A DNA stretch of 64,000 nucleotides. It comes from Macrostomum lignano. Taxonomy: Eukaryota. Below are positions 36,172-54,670 of this stretch, piece by piece. The position numbers were made by a program, and so were the translations under genes. The stretch's first letter is position 1. Each line of letters opens with the position of its first letter. The notes under the pieces were generated by a model. It worked only from the letters and a program-made list of their open reading frames with translations, was not told the origin of the DNA and did no database searches. The stretch lies in NCBI GenBank assembly GCA_002269645.1, contig NIVC01003880.1:1-64000 (forward strand), read 5' to 3'.

Positions 36172-37645
36172 GTGTTCCCTGAGAATCGCCCCCTCACACA
36201 CCTGTAGCCTTCACTGAGAATCGCCCCTCACACACCTGTAGCCTTCATTGAGAATCGCCCCTCACACACCTGTAGCCTTCACTGAGAATCGCCCCTCACA
36301 CACCTGTAGCCTTCATTGAGAATCGCCCCTCACACACCTGTAGCCTTCACTGAGAATCGCCCCTCACACACCTGTAGCCTTCATTGAGAATCGCCCCTCA
36401 CACACCTGTAGCCTTCACTGAGAATCGCCCCTCACACACCTGTAGCCTTCATTGAGAATCGCCCCTCACACACCTGTAGCCTTCACTGAGAATCGCCCTT
36501 CACACACCTGTAGCCTTCATTGAGAATCGCCCCTCACACACCTGTAGCCTTCACTGAGAATCGCCCCTCACACACCTGTAGCCTTCATTGAGAATCGCCC
36601 CTCACACACCTGTAGCCTTCACTGAGAATCGCCCCTCACACACCTGTAGCCTTCACTGAGAATCGCCCCTCACACACCTGTAGCCTTCACTGAGAATCGC
36701 CCCTCACACACCTGTAGCCTTCACTGAGAATCGCCCCTCACACACCTGTAGCCTTCACTGAGAATCGTCCCCTCACACACCTGTAGCCTTCACTGAGAAT
36801 CGCCCCTCACACACCTGTAGCCTTCATTGAGAATCGCCCCTCACACACCTGTAGCCTTCACTGAGAATCGCCCCTCACACACCTGTAGCCTTCATTGAGA
36901 ATCGCCCCTCACACACCTGTAGCCTTCACTGAGAATCGCCCTTCACACACCTGTAGCCTTCATTGAGAATCGCCCCTCACACACCTGTAGCCTTCACTGA
37001 GAATCGCCCCTCACACACCTGTAGCCTTCATTGAGAATCGCCCCTCACACACCTGTAGCCTTCACTGAGAATCGCCCCTCACACACCTGTAGCCTTCACT
37101 GAGAATCGCCCCTCACACACCTGTAGCCTTCACTGAGAATCGCCCCTCACACACCTGTAGCCTTCACTGAGAATCGCCCCTCACACACCTGTAGCCTTCA
37201 CTGAGAATCGTCCCCTCACACACCTGTAGCCTTCACTGAGAATCGCCCCCTCACACACCTGTAGCCTTCATTGAGAATCGCCCCTCACACACCTGTAGCC
37301 TTCACTGAGAATCGCCCCTCACACACCTGTAGCCTTCACTGAGAATCGCCCCTCACACACCTGTAGCCTTCATTGAGAATCGCCCCTCACACACCTGTAG
37401 CCTTCACTGAGAATCGCCCCTCACACACCTGTAGCCTTCACTGAGAATCGCCCCTCACACACCTGTAGCCTTCACTGAGAATCGCCCCTCACACACCTGT
37501 AGCCTTCACTGAGAATCGCCCCTCACACACCTGTAGCCTTCACTGAGAATCGCCCCTCACACACCTGTAGCCTTCATTCAGAATCGCCCCTCATACACCT
37601 GTAGCCTTCACTGAAAATCGCCCCCTCACAAACCTGTAGCTTTCA
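36172..37645. repeat. Homogeneous 34-bp minisatellite gagaatcgcccctcacacacctgtagccttca(c/t)t, ~43 copies
   Basis: Direct inspection; cact/catt variants alternate in parts of the array. Confidence 0.96.
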
Positions 37646-38081
37646 TCTGAATCACACTGTTTTTACAGCCTCAAGATGGCTAAAGTAATAAAAGTTTTAA
37701 TCTTACGTTGCATTGTCCGCCAGTTTGCTTTTAAAGTTTCTCTTTCAAGCAAAATCTCCATAATAAATCCGTGTGCCATAATAAAGAAATAATAAACATC
37801 CTTAATAACTTCCCTACGATTATTTTTTTGCAAAATACGCTTTCTCTGACTACTGTCAGTAGAATTAACGAGTGCAACAAAGAATTTGTTGGTAGCATTT
37901 ATCAATCCGCTACAAGTGCCAGTGAAGTACTCGCTGACAGGACAAGAATTCATTTCATTCAGTGCATTAGCGCGCGCTAATTCTTGCTTCAGAACGCCCA
38001 GTTACAATTGCTCAATTAAGCGGTGCGTCGCAGAGAACTCTCGTTTGCAATACAATGACGCAGGACAGTTTAAGTGCCGTT

Positions 38082-38840
38082 CAGAGGCGTAGCCAGAAAT
38101 TTTTCACGGGGGGGGGGTACAACTGGTGAGACTACTGCTTATCAGTATGGTGTAATGTAACTTTCATAAAAATTACGTGCACCATCCACTGTACCTGACT
38201 ACTACTAGTACTACAAAATTTTAGCGCCGCACGTCCTCAAATTTAGCGCCGCAGGCACTCATATTAGCGCCGCAGGCACATTTTGGCGCCGCAGGCACTC
38301 ATTTTGGCGCCGCAGGCACTCATTTTAGCGCCGCAGGCACTCATTTTGGCGCCGCAGGCACTCATTTTAGCGCCGCAGGCACTCATTTTGGCGCCGCAGG
38401 CACTCATTTTAGCGCCGCAGGCACTTATTTTGGCGCCGCATGTCCTCATTTTTAGCGCCTCAGGCACTCATTTTGGCGCCACATGTCCTCATTTTAACGC
38501 CACAGGCACTCATTTTGGCGCCGCACGTCCTCAAATTTAGCGCCGCAGATACTCATTTTAGCGCCGCAGGCACCTATTTTGGCGCCGCAGGTACTCATTT
38601 TAGCGCCGCAGGCACCCATTTTGGCGCCGCATGTCCTCATTTTAACGCCACAGGCACTCATTTTAGCGCCGCAGGTACTCACCGTGCTTACTACTTTGTA
38701 TATAGCTATCTGTACACATTCTTTTAGATTAGACCATTTGTTTACTGTCTTTTTACCTACCAACTTTTTTCATGCCCCACACCAGACCACAGCCTTACGA
38801 GGGGATTACATCCCCTTATCCCCCCTTGCCTACGCCACTG
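38082..38840. mobile_element. MITE family B with an internal 21-bp minisatellite (ttttggcgccgcaggcactca, ~38220-38675)
   Basis: TIR cagaggcgtag/ctacgccactg; flanking direct repeat (g)tgccgtt of 7-8 bp. Confidence 0.8.
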
Positions 38841-39487
38841 TGCCGTTAGGGCGAAAACCGGCCGCGCGACGCCGCAGCCTCTGAAGGTAAAATAAAGTAG
38901 GTGGCCAGCTTCCCGAGTAGGGCTCATGTACGTTCAATTACATTTATTTGGCGAGCCGCCAACCAGTGGTTGCATGGATTTCCGACTGACTTCAATTTGA
39001 TGATCAAGCTGAGTTCAAGAGCAACAGATATCTGTTAATTGTCTCTTTTGCTGTGTTAGTGTTTGCGCGGTCTGTTTCTTTTCGATTTCCAAGTGAATGC
39101 ATTTAAATTTTAATTACAAGAATATACATGTAGTCGTAAAATGGTTTAATGTTAAATCTAATAAATGTTAATATACTCGTAGTTTTTTTGTTTTCCATTT
39201 TTCACTATATACAGGTACATCTGCATTTGCACCATTTCAGGTCATATCTCCGGTACAGTACATCGAACTGAAAACCTAAGGGGAAGTAGAAAAGGTGGAC
39301 TTCATCCTGGGTAATCAGTGCCTAAGAAGGATCCTAACTACTTCAATAATTAGCATTCTGTTAAACGCGACATTACCTGTTAAGTAGTTTTAATATTAAG
39401 CCTGTTTTAAGGCGATATACCTTATGTATCTGAAAACGGATCTGAAAACCACCGAATATGCGTGGATTGAGAAACAGACAAATCCAA

Positions 39488-40828
39488 TATGACTGAGGGA
39501 GAGGAGAGAGGCAGATTCAATGGCTGAGGGAGCGAGAGAGGCAGATTCAATGACTGAGGGAGAGGAGAGAGGCAGATTCAATGACTGAGGGAGAGGAGAG
39601 AGGCAGATTCAATGACTGAGGGAGCGGAGAGAGGCAGATTCAATGACTGAGGGAGCGGAGAGAGGCAGATTCAATGGCTGAGGGAGCAGAGAGAGGCAGA
39701 TTCAATGACTGAGGGAGCGGAGAGAGGCAGATTCAATGACTGAGTGAGAGGAGAGAGGCAGATTCAATGACTGAGGGAGAGGAGAGAGGCAGATTCAATG
39801 ACTGAGGGAGAGGAGAGAGGCAGATTCAATGACTGAGGGAGCGGAGAGAGGCAGATTCAATGACTGAGGGAGAGGAGAGAGGCAGATTCAATGACTGAGG
39901 GAGGGGAGAGAGGCAGATTCAATGACTGAGGGAGGGGAGAGAGGCAGATTCAATGACTGAGGGAGCGGAGAGAGGCAGATTCAATGACTGAGGGAGCTGA
40001 GAGAGGCAGATTCAATGACTGAGGGAGCGGAGAGAGGCAGATTCAATGACTGAGGGAGCGGAGAGAGGCAGATTCAATGACTGAGGGAGAGGAGAGAGGC
40101 AGATTCAATGACTGAGGGAGAGGAGAGAGGCAGATTCAATAACTGAGGGAGGGGAGAGAGGCAGATTCAATGACTGAGGGAGCAGAGAGGCAGATTCAAT
40201 GACTGAGGGAGAGGAGAGAGGCAGATTCAATGACTGAGGGAGCAGAGAGGCAGATTCAATGACTGAGGGAGCGGAGAGAGGCAGATTCAATGGCTGAGGG
40301 AGCGGAGAGATGGCCATAAATGGTAGATTCAATGACTGAGGGAGCGGAGAGAGGCAGATTCAATGACTGAGGGAGCGGAGAGAGGCAGATTCAATGACTG
40401 AGGGAGAGGAGAGAGGCAGATTCAATGACTGAGGGAGAGGAGAGAGGCAGATTCAATGACTGAGGGAGAGGAGAGAGGCAGATTCAATGACTGAGGGAGG
40501 GGAGAGAGGCAGATTCAATGGCTGAGGGAGCTGAGAGAGGTAGATTCAATGGCTGAGGGAGCTGAGAGAGGTAGATTCAATGGCTGAGGGAGCTGAGAGA
40601 GGTAGATTCAATGACTGAGGGAGCGGAGAGAGGCAGATTCAATGACTGAGGGAGAGGAGAGAGGCAGATTCAATGACTGAGGGAGGGGAGAGAGGCAGAT
40701 TCAATGGCTGAGGGAGCTGAGAGAGGTAGATTCAATGGCTGAGGGAGCTGAGAGAGGTAGATTCAATGGCTGAGGGAGCTGAGAGAGGTAGATTCAATGA
40801 CTGAGGGAGCGAGAGAGGCAGATTCAAT
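39488..40828. repeat. Purine-rich 31-bp minisatellite gattcaatgactgagggagaggagagaggca
   Basis: Direct inspection. Confidence 0.95.
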
Positions 40829-41067
40829 TGCTCAAATAACATTTGAAGAAGCAGAAGGCGATTACTATAAAGACACATTTAAATATAAATTTTCAGACAA
40901 TACGCTGCTATTTCACAAGCCAAATATGCACAGACAAGCTGTCGCCCAGCCTAAAGCAGTAAATTTATGTTCAACGCGAATTCGTGCATAAAATACTACT
41001 AAAAAAGACGGAAAAGAAATCGACTCCGCGCTCCTCAGAGAGAAAGCAGACGGGCGAGTCACGGAAA

Positions 41068-42367
41068 TCACATGAAATCGTCGCTGTCATAGCCGCTCAT
41101 GTCTTTATTGCTAACCATCTTAGACTCATCAAACAGCCTGTCGTAGGATTTCATCTGTTTCTCCTCCGCTTTGCGCTTCTTCTCCTCCTCGGCTGCTCGT
41201 TTCCGTTCCCGCTCGGCCGCCTTCAAATCCTGGCGCTCCCTGGCGTCCCGCTCCTCTCTGAGCGCGCGCAGGTCCGGGAACTCCTCGCGTTTGCTCTTCT
41301 CCAATGGCTTCAACAGCTGAGGCACCCGGCGCTCCACGTGCACCTTGCGGACCTGCTTGCTCTTGTGGAAGCCCACCTGGCCAACCGCCATATCTCCCGT
41401 CTTCTTCAGATTGTCCCACATGGTGTACACAATGTCCACATTGTTCTGCTTGCTGCCCTCGATGCTGTTGGCTTTCACAAGCTGGGCGCAGGCGTCAATC
41501 ACCTTCGGGATGAGTGGGGGATATCGGGGATTATAGGCTGCCACTCTGTGAATGGCAAGTTTTTAACCCACCACCTGCTTCTTTTTATTCCATTGGGATT
41601 TTTATCCCATCTTCCCTAAGAAGTCATTATCCTACATCGCCTTCATTGGGGATCATGATCCTGCATTGCCTTCATTGGGGATCATGATCCTGCATTGCCT
41701 TCATTGGGGATCATTATCCCACATCGCCTTCATTGGGGATCATTATCCTACATCGCCTTCATTGGGGATCATGATCCTGCATTGCCTTCATTGGGGATCA
41801 TGATCCTGCATTGCCTTCATTGGGGATCATTATCCCACATCGCCTTCGTTGGGGATCATTATCCCACATCGCCTTCGTTGGGGATCATTATCCCACATCC
41901 TTCATTGGGGATCATTATCCCACATTTCCTTCTTACTTTAAGGATCATTATCCCACATTCCCTTCTTACTTTGAGGATCATTATCCCACATTCCCTTCTT
42001 ACTTTGAGGATCATTATCCCACATCCCCTCTTACTTTGGGGATCATTATCCCACATCCCCTCTTACTTTGGGGATCATCATCTCACATCCCCTCTTACTT
42101 TGGGGATCATGATCCTACATCCTCTTCTTACTCTGGTGATTATTGAGGCAATTAAAAGTACATATAGCACACCTGAGTTGGCACGTCGTCGAGAGTCTCG
42201 CCAGGCCGCAGCCGCAGATAGACGTGCGCGCTGCTGAGCTTGTCAACGTGAAACCAGACGTCCTCTGGCCAGCCCCAGCGAATTAGCTCCTCGTTCTCGT
42301 GCTTGTCAGCGCCCATGTACATTGTGTAGGGCGGGCTAACCAGGTCGCATGTGAAGTACAGCACCAT
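41068..42367 (-). CDS. CCDC25: Coiled-coil domain-containing protein 25 (NFACT-R domain). Exons 42367-42173 and 41502-41068, 209 aa
   Basis: MVLYFT...[40 protein letters not shown]...|[16 protein letters not shown]...[22 protein letters not shown]...SYDRLF...SDDFM; phase-0 GT-AG intron. Confidence 0.96.
41625..42125. repeat. ~29-33-bp minisatellite (ttcattggggatcatgatcctgcattgcc and variants) in the CCDC25 intron
   Basis: Direct inspection; some units carry the 12-bp palindrome ggatcatgatcc. Confidence 0.85.
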
Positions 42368-42436
42368 GACTTGTAGTTGCGATGCGCTGGAATTGGAAGT
42401 AAGGGTTCCACAAACTGCTTGCTTAAGCCTCACACC

Positions 42437-42913
42437 TAATCACGTGACTTCAGTCAATAAATAGCCTAAATCACGTGACTTCAGTCAATAAATAGCCTAA
42501 ATCACGTGACTTCAGCCAATAAATAGCCTAAATCACGTGACTTCAGTCAATAAATAGCCTAAATCACGTGACTTCAGCCAATAAATAGCCTAAATCACGT
42601 GACTTCAGTCAATAAATAGCCTAAATCACGTGACTTCAGCCGATATATAGCCTAAGTCACGTGACTTCAGCCGATATATAGCCTAAGTCACGTGACTTCA
42701 GCCAATAAATAGCCTAAATCACGTGACTTCAGCCAAAAAATAGCCTAAATCACGTGACTTCAGCCAATAAATAGCCTAAATCACGTGACTTCAGCCAATA
42801 AATAGCCTAAATCACGTGACTTAAGCCAAAAAATAGCCTAAATCACGTGACTTCAGCCGATATATAGCCTAAGTCACGTGACTTCAGCCAATAAATAGCC
42901 TAAATCACGTGAC
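42437..42913 (-). promoter_or_regulatory. 31-bp tandem array (~15 copies) of E-box/CLEAR-like TCACGTGA + CCAAT, starting ~70 bp upstream of the CCDC25 ATG
   Basis: Unit aatcacgtgacttcagccaataaatagccta; some units have the perfect palindrome aagtcacgtgactt. The array is certain; a promoter role is inferred. Confidence 0.55.
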
Positions 42914-44024
42914 TTGTCCCACAAAGATACTACGAGCAATTATAATGGCAATAAAATAAAGCGTATTGACCGAATTAAAATGAACTTCACTCCAAGAGCT
43001 AATTGAGCTCCATTTAATAATTTTATTACAAACCCAAAAGCAATTTGTTGTAAGGTATATAGGTATATAGACACAAACTAGAATGCAATGGACTATTGCA
43101 ACGACCGGTGGATGGAGGGCTGTAGCCGCCATATTAATTATGAATACTACTTTTATATGCCTTATAAGATTTTATCTATCGGATACGCGAGAACCCGAGA
43201 GTCTAGCTGATTAAAAATGGACAATTTAAGAATAGCAGGATCATAAATGACTCGAATGAGCCGTACTAAAACCTAGAAAAATTGGCTGAAGAGATCGGGA
43301 AGCTACAATTTCTCAAATCCCGATATGTAGCGAAAGATACTTTTAAATTATATGAAATATTTCATTTGTATTGTAGCGAAAAATCTTAACAAAACTTGAA
43401 TTTTTTATGTTATTACCTTTATTGCATTAGAAATGGGAGCAAATAAGCGCATCAGGCTACTGCTAGCAGCAGTTGAAACATTTTATGAGTAATAATTGAG
43501 AATCCCAAAAAATTTTGTAAGTTAGGATAATAGAGCACTTAAAAACCTGTAAAAAGAGCAAAAATTAGTAATAACATTGCGAACACTTTGAGCTAAAACT
43601 GCTCAAAATACGATGATTGCTCAATTTACAATTGCAGGTACATCATTGCTTGACAGGTGCATATATAAATATTTCAATTGAAAAATTGCAAATAAAAATA
43701 CACAATCATAAACTTCAGACAGTACAGGTGAGAATTATCACAGGCATTGTCGTTAAAACCGGTCACTACATGAATAATGAAATTACTATGCTAATTTTGG
43801 CAGGAGGAAGTACAATACATGTACTTTCACTTATCGGTATTACAAATATAAGCCTTTAGAATATATAGAGTACATAGCACCTTAAATTGCTCAGATACTA
43901 AAGACAAATTGTAAAAATCAGCTCCCAGCATTTTCAGTAGCACTTTGTCTTTATTTAACAGTTTAACAGATTTTCCTTTTTAACGTACCGAGAGACTAAG
44001 CTGTGACTGTACATTGCACTGACT

Positions 44025-44528
44025 ATTTAATGTACATTGGACTGACTAGCCAATGTACATTGGACTGACTAGCTAATGTAAATTGGACTGACTAGCTAAT
44101 GTACATTGCACTGACTATTTAATGTACATTGCACTGACTAGCTAATTTACATTGCACTGACTAGCCAATGTACATTACACTGACTAGCTAATGTAAATTG
44201 CACTGACTAGCTAATGTACATTGCACTGATTAGCTAATGTACATTGCGCTGACTAGCTAATGTACATTGCACTAACTAGCCAATGTACATTGCACTGCCT
44301 AGCTAATGTACATTGCAGTGACTAGCCAATGTACATTGCACTGACTAGCTAATGTACATTGCACAGACTAGCCAATGTACATTGCGCTGACTAGCTAATG
44401 TATTGATACATTGCACTGACTAGCTAATGTACATTGCACTGACTAGCTAATGTACATTGCACTAACTAGCCAATGTACATTGCACTGCCTAGCTAATGTA
44501 CATTGCACTGACTAGCTAATGTACATTA
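44025..44528. repeat. 23-bp minisatellite aatgtacattgcactgactagct, 3' of WDR44
   Basis: Direct inspection; contains the palindrome (c)aatgtacatt(g). Confidence 0.92.
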
Positions 44529-44682
44529 ATCCTTTTCTGCATACATAAGTTTTACATGCTCCAACTCATAAAAAGCCTATTAGAATAGTTTCTGAACACT
44601 TTTTCATACATACTACTTATTAAGTAGGCAAAGTAGTATATATGATTCGAGAGTACTAGCAAACCTGGCTCCCAGTTAAAAA

Positions 44683-50890
<6,208 letters not shown>

Positions 50891-52215
50891 CTAGAATAAA
50901 TTTGTTTGGCAATGTGAGGTTCCATACATGCGCAACTTCTGAAATTACGCTGGCCGTGCGACTTAGTTTTCGATAAAAAATGCGACTTACCTATAAAAGA
51001 GCCAAGCAAAAACTTTAGGTAAACGGCAGGAGTAACTATGACCATATTTTTAAAGCTAAATGCCTCGCCAGCTAATTAGTGCTGCGTGCAGATTCGGCGT
51101 TTTTATAACAGCTAATCAGTATGTCATCTAGTGGCGGCATGAAGCAATTAGTAAATTGTCAGTACAGTGTAGTGAGCATACTACAAAAGTCATGATTCAT
51201 GAATGTCCAGAAGTAAGTGAAGTGAATACAGTGTGACCTATAGCTCAAGAACGATTTGCTAGACGATTTGGCATGGAAGATGAGAGCCCTGATTCAGATG
51301 GCTCATCAGATGCAGAATACGAATCCAGTAGAGATACAAGCTGTGAAAACCCACAGATTTTTAAACCACTGAATTCTAATTCCCGGAACTATTTTTGCAT
51401 AGATTCTAAATTTGAAGTCATGCTCAAACAAAAACTTGTTAACAGTTAGGAAAAAGGCAAAGATGGGAGTAATGCATGTTAAACTAAGATTTGAGGCCTT
51501 TGCAAATTCTCTCCATTCCTCAATCTTCTCATCCTCTTTTTCTTTTCTCTCTCATCCCTTATCCCTTCTCTCTTTCCTCTCCTCTCTCCTCTCTTTCCTC
51601 TCCTCCCCTATCTCTTCTGTCTCCTCTCTACTTTCTTATCTCTCCTCTCGTCTCTCTCCATTCCACTCTACTCTCATCTTATCTTCCCTCTCGTCTCTCT
51701 CCACTCTACTCTCTCATCTTATCTCTCCTCTCTTTTCTACTCTCTCATCTCTCCTCTCTTCACTCTCCTCTCATCTCCTCTTTATCCTCTCTTCTCTCAT
51801 CTACTTTCTTCTCTTTCCTCTTTCCTCTCTTCTGATCTCATCCATCATCTTTTCTTTCCTCTTTCCTCTCATCTCCTCTTCTCTCTCATCTCTTTTTCCT
51901 CCCTCAGCTTTTCTCTCCTCTTCTATCTTTTCTCCCATCGCATCGCTCGCCTCTCCTCTGTTTGCTTATCTCTAATCTTCTATTCCCTCTACTTTGAAGT
52001 AAGAAAATATGCACATATTTTTGCTGAAGATAAGAGGAGAGAAGAGGGCATTGAGGAGAAAGGGTAGAGAGAAAGGGGGAGAAGAGAGGAGAGTAAAAAT
52101 GAGAGGAGAGAGAAGAGGGAAAAGGGGGAGAGAGAGAAGAGGGGAGGCAAGGTAGAGAAGAAGAGAGAGATGAGAGTTGAAGAGACACCAACCTAAGTAA
52201 TGTTACCAACCTTAA

Positions 52216-53056
52216 GAAAGTAGTGTTACTTCCGCCTGGTGTGGACATATGGACAGTCACACTTGCATGTGCTTGGTGTCATTTGAAAGCAGCAAGTCTC
52301 TTCTTTAAAATGACACCAATTGCAAGAGATTTGAATATGTGCTTCAAGAGATATGGACGATTAAGTAGAGAAATGTCAGTCATAGACTTACAGAACCTTA
52401 AAAATGTCAACAGAAAACTTTTATCACGAGCGTAATTACTCCAGAAAAAACAAAAAACACAACAGTACAGTACAGAAGCAGGTGAAACAGATAACAAGCA
52501 AATTATCACACAAGCGAACAACATTAAAATCATTCATCGGTTGGCAGACTTGTCATCTTGCTGACAGCATGGTCGCCATGAGCTGTGCAAAGTTGCCTGT
52601 GGATGTCAGCCGATTTGGTTCCGGAGCTCCAAAGTGTAAAGATGGCATGTCGCTGCCCAGTCTTTGAATGCACATCCATTTGCAGTTCACAATTGAAAAT
52701 TGAATGTCAATAAACTTTGCAGGCGCAGCAGAAGCAGTTTTACAAGTCTCGTAGTTTTATGAGACAGCCCCTCGTTCACTGCATCACATTTGGCCATAGA
52801 CAGCCCATGATTACGAAAAAATCGATAAAATCGTAAAAGTTTTCTGTTGACATTTTTGAGGTTCTGTAAGTCTATGACTGACCTTTCTCTACTTAATCGT
52901 CCATATCTCTTGAAGCACAGATTCAAATCTCTTGCAATTGGTGTCATTTTAAAGAAGAGACTTGCCGCTTTCAAATGACACCAAGCACATGCAAGTGTGA
53001 CTGTCCATACGTCCACATCAAGCAAAAGTAACACTACTTTCCGGACGCCCCTCGTA
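52216..53056 (-). mobile_element. Internally deleted mariner-like element nested in the hAT-like element
   Basis: Terminus ta|cgaggggcgtccggaaagtagtgttac; ~200-bp inverted repeats (52216-52425 and 52835-53041); minus-strand 52679-52560 reads MDVHSKTGQRHAIFTLWSSGTKSADIHRQLCTAHGDHAVSK, like the mariner N-terminal HTH. Confidence 0.7.
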
Positions 53057-53274
53057 GTTAGGAAGTTTCAAAGAACCCGAGGGGCGAGGGCCAGATAGAG
53101 GGGCTTCGCGAGCCGGAGTTTGCCAACCCCTGCTCCAGAGTTTAAGAAATCAATGGGAAACTGTTGACGCGGGCTTCTGATTTCAAAGATCTTGTCTGTT
53201 GTTGAAGGCTTCTATTCTGTTTTTGCTCTCCTGCCACACTTGCACCTACTACCCCTGATTGCCTCTGATTGTGA

Positions 53275-54010
53275 CTTACTTCCCTCTTATTGCGACTTAG
53301 TTGCTTCTTTTTGCGACTTACCTAATCCTTTTTGCGACTTACCTAATCCTTTTTGCGACTTACTTAATCCTTTTTGCGACTTACCTAATCCTTTTGCGAC
53401 TTACCTAACCCTTTTGCGACTTACCTAACCCTTTTGCGACTTACCTAATCCTTTTTGCGACTTACTTAATCCTTTTTGCGACTTACCTAATCCTTTTTGC
53501 GACTTACCTAATCCTTTTTGCGACTTACCTAACCCTTTTGCGACTTAACTAATCCTTTTGCGACTTACCTGATCCTTTTGCGACTTACCTAATCCTTTTG
53601 TGACTTAGCTGATCCTTTTGCGACTTACCTGATTCTTTTTGCGACTTACCTAATCCCTTTTGCGACTTACCTGATCCTTTTTGCGACTTACCTAATCCTT
53701 TTTGCGACTTACCTAATCCTTTTGCGACTTACCTAATCCTTTTTGCTACTTACCTAACCCTTTTGCGACTTACTTAATCCTTTTTGCGACTTACCTAACC
53801 CTTTTGCGACTTACCTAACCCTTTTGCGACTTACCTAATCCTTTTGCGACTTACCTAATCCTTTTTGCGACTTACCTAATCCTTTTTGCGACTTACCTAA
53901 CCCTTTTGCGACTTACCTGATCCTTTTTGCGACTTAGTTTGCTTCTTTTGCGACTTACCTGATCCTTTTTGCGACTTACCTGATTATTTTTACAACTTAG
54001 TTTGCTTCTT
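53275..54010. repeat. 21-22-bp minisatellite tgcgacttacctaatccttttt inside the hAT-like element
   Basis: Direct inspection; the core tgcgactt also occurs singly in family A subterminal regions. Confidence 0.93.
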
Positions 54011-54354
54011 TTGCGAATTGTTTTTCTTTTGCTTCACCATTTTCCCTGAACTGCTCTTTTTTTCGCTTTCCTCTTGCCTTTCTTGGTTCTTGTGTTTTTC
54101 TGTTTTTGGTTGACTCAATTTTGCGACTTACCCCTGGTCAGCCACGATTTACGGTGGCCGGATCGGCCAGGTCGGCCAGCAGTTGCGCATGTATGTGAGG
54201 TTCGAACAAAAAGGTATTTAAAGGCCCTGTTTGCATAGCAATTTTGAAGTAGGCCCAATGGGAACTGTGCTTAGATAAATATATATACAATGAACTTGGT
54301 TAATATACAGCTCTATTGAGCAATGGCTAGACTTATACTATTAATATATGTAAC

Positions 54355-54670
54355 CATACATGCACAACAGTCGGCCGAGTCGGCCGATTCGGCCGACCGA
54401 TTTGGCGGCCAAACAAGGAAGTCGCAAAAATGCCCACCCGAAAAATACCCAAGTAGTAGTACTAAGTAGCTGACGAGGCATTTTGACTCAATAAGACAGT
54501 TATAGTTACTCCCGCCATTTAGCCAAAGTAGCGTTAATTTTGCTTTATGCTAGGGTTTTTTTACTTGTAAGTTGCATTTTTGGCCAAAAACTACGTTGCA
54601 TATTTTTGTTAAAATGAAGTCGCATGGCTGACCGAATGGCCGACTGAATTTTAGAGGTTGCGCATGTATG
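54355..54670. mobile_element. hAT-like MITE, family A, 316 bp, inverted relative to the 35409 copy
   Basis: TIR catacatgcacaac/gttgcgcatgtatg; 8-bp TSD tatgtaac on both sides. Confidence 0.92.

Larger units (their letters stand above)
50923..54195. mobile_element. 3.27-kb non-autonomous hAT-like element, family A, with internal cargo
   Basis: Same 14-bp TIR catacatgcgcaac/gttgcgcatgtatg; 8-bp TSD tgaggttc at 50915-50922 and 54196-54203; subterminal sequence homologous to the 35409 MITE. Confidence 0.92.
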
